A stretch of DNA of 63,302 bases, counting the filler, from Octopus bimaculoides (taxonomy: Eukaryota), in assembly GCF_001194135.2 (NCBI RefSeq). It is 4 parts of 4 records of this genome, joined end to end, with 100 filler letters (N's around TTAATTAATTAA, not from the genome) between each part and the next. Parts side by side here need not be neighbours in the genome. Positions count along the whole stretch, not along the records: positions 60,238 to 63,302 come from NW_026433517.1; 3 more parts are not named here. One strand, written 5' to 3'. The position numbers were made by a program, and so were the translations under genes. Below are positions 62,214 to 63,302 of this stretch, piece after piece. The notes beneath the pieces were generated by a model. It saw only the letters and a list, made by a program, of their open reading frames with translations, did not search any database and was not told the origin of the DNA. Each line of letters starts with the position of its first letter. The stretch's first letter is position 1.

Positions 62214-62640
62214 GTAAGGTGGATGTGACTAAAAAATACTTAAGACAGACTCTTTCCTCAAGTTCTATTAGGAGAGGAATATGAGGACAGAGATACAGGT
62301 GCAGCTCTCAGTAAATTTATTCAAAAGAACGAGAGTGTTGAACGTAGCCTGAGTGACTGAGCCTCCTCTTAATACGCGCCTGTAAATTGGGAAAAATAGT
62401 TGGGATAGGGGATTGACTTTTGCTAATCAGGATAATCCTGCGCTTGAGCAATCTTTGGTGGGCCGCAGATAGAGGTCTTCTTTTGGGGATATTTAGATAT
62501 TTTGTACGATGTATTTGCTTTCACATTTCATTTCACATTAATTTAAATTTCCTTGTAAGCCCCACTCCCCATTCGTTGTAACCTGTCGTTCTGTGTTGCC
62601 TCATTTGTCGTATCTGTAATAAAAGAAGGTTTTTGTAACA

Positions 62641-62682
<42 letters not shown>

Positions 62683-62793
62683 CATTGGTTCATGTCGGGT
62701 GAATGAAGAAAAGTGCTCAATACCTGGAGAGGATATGGATATTTTCTTTATTAAAACTGAACCTGGAAACAGGTTTTCGCCTGAAGTTCGCAG

Positions 62794-62803
62794 TGGCGCG
62801 AAA
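62794..62803. promoter_or_regulatory. E2F consensus site in a CpG-enriched segment
   Basis: tggcgcgaaa is the reverse complement of TTTCGCGCCA. Motif match only. Confidence 0.25.
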
Positions 62804-63302
62804 CGCAACTCGTAAGACAAACTTTCAGCTTCAGTTCTGATTAAAACCCATAAACACACACATACATACACACATACACACACATATAGACACACACAAA
62901 TGTGTGTCTATAAATGAGGATATATGCCTGAACACATACTCACACCCATATATGTGGGAAGCCGACTTTTCTCATCTTAATTAGGCTACAGGAAGAATTT
63001 TTCTTCGAGAGTGCTCGAAACTATAAAGAATTAAAGCTATAAAAAACGTCTATGCGATAGCAAAAAATAAAACGAATGGAAAAACCTAGAACATATTGAT
63101 ACAAAGCAGATACTACATGTGAATATTAACACATAGAAAATACATAGATTGTAAGGAAAACGTATAGTTGTGTATTTGTGCACATATGTATAGACCATAC
63201 ATAAATATATCTATACATATGTGTATATATGCACATACTTGCATACAAACAGACGCATACACAGACACATTCACATATCCAAATATATATTTATACATAT
63301 CT

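Noticed and set aside
62778-62820. CTGAAGT...GAAACG-caact-CGTA hammerhead-like string
   Set aside because: A9 is missing and stem I does not pair.

Overview
AT-rich, microsatellite- and transposon-dense animal genomic DNA with many N gaps. The repeat families look like those of an octopus/cephalopod genome (inference from recalled repeat patterns, not a database search). The only well-supported host gene is five consecutive + strand exons (1120-23355) of an SLC22/MFS organic-cation-transporter-like gene, covering about TM4-TM10. Its 5' part lies upstream of the window, and its last visible exon runs into an artificial 100-bp scaffold spacer (44 N + TTAATTAATTAA + 44 N). Three such spacers split the window into four separately assembled blocks. 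The rest is mostly decayed elements: four GIY-YIG Penelope-like (PLE) remnants, an R4/Dong-type LINE, an L1/Tx1-type ORF1 with a zinc knuckle, RTE LINE pieces, several mariner derivatives, a hAT MITE, a Helitron 3' end, about 30 tRNA-derived SINE copies, four long foldback palindromes and a degenerate (TTAGGG)n tract. The most notable signals are three minimal type I hammerhead ribozyme motifs inside the 11-kb fourth visible intron of the transporter gene. One has a canonical core and sits in a 533-bp insert flanked by 16-bp direct repeats. The other two are identical, inverted copies with a compensatory A3:U8 core pair, flanking a rearranged Penelope-like element. SINE and LINE boundaries are approximate.
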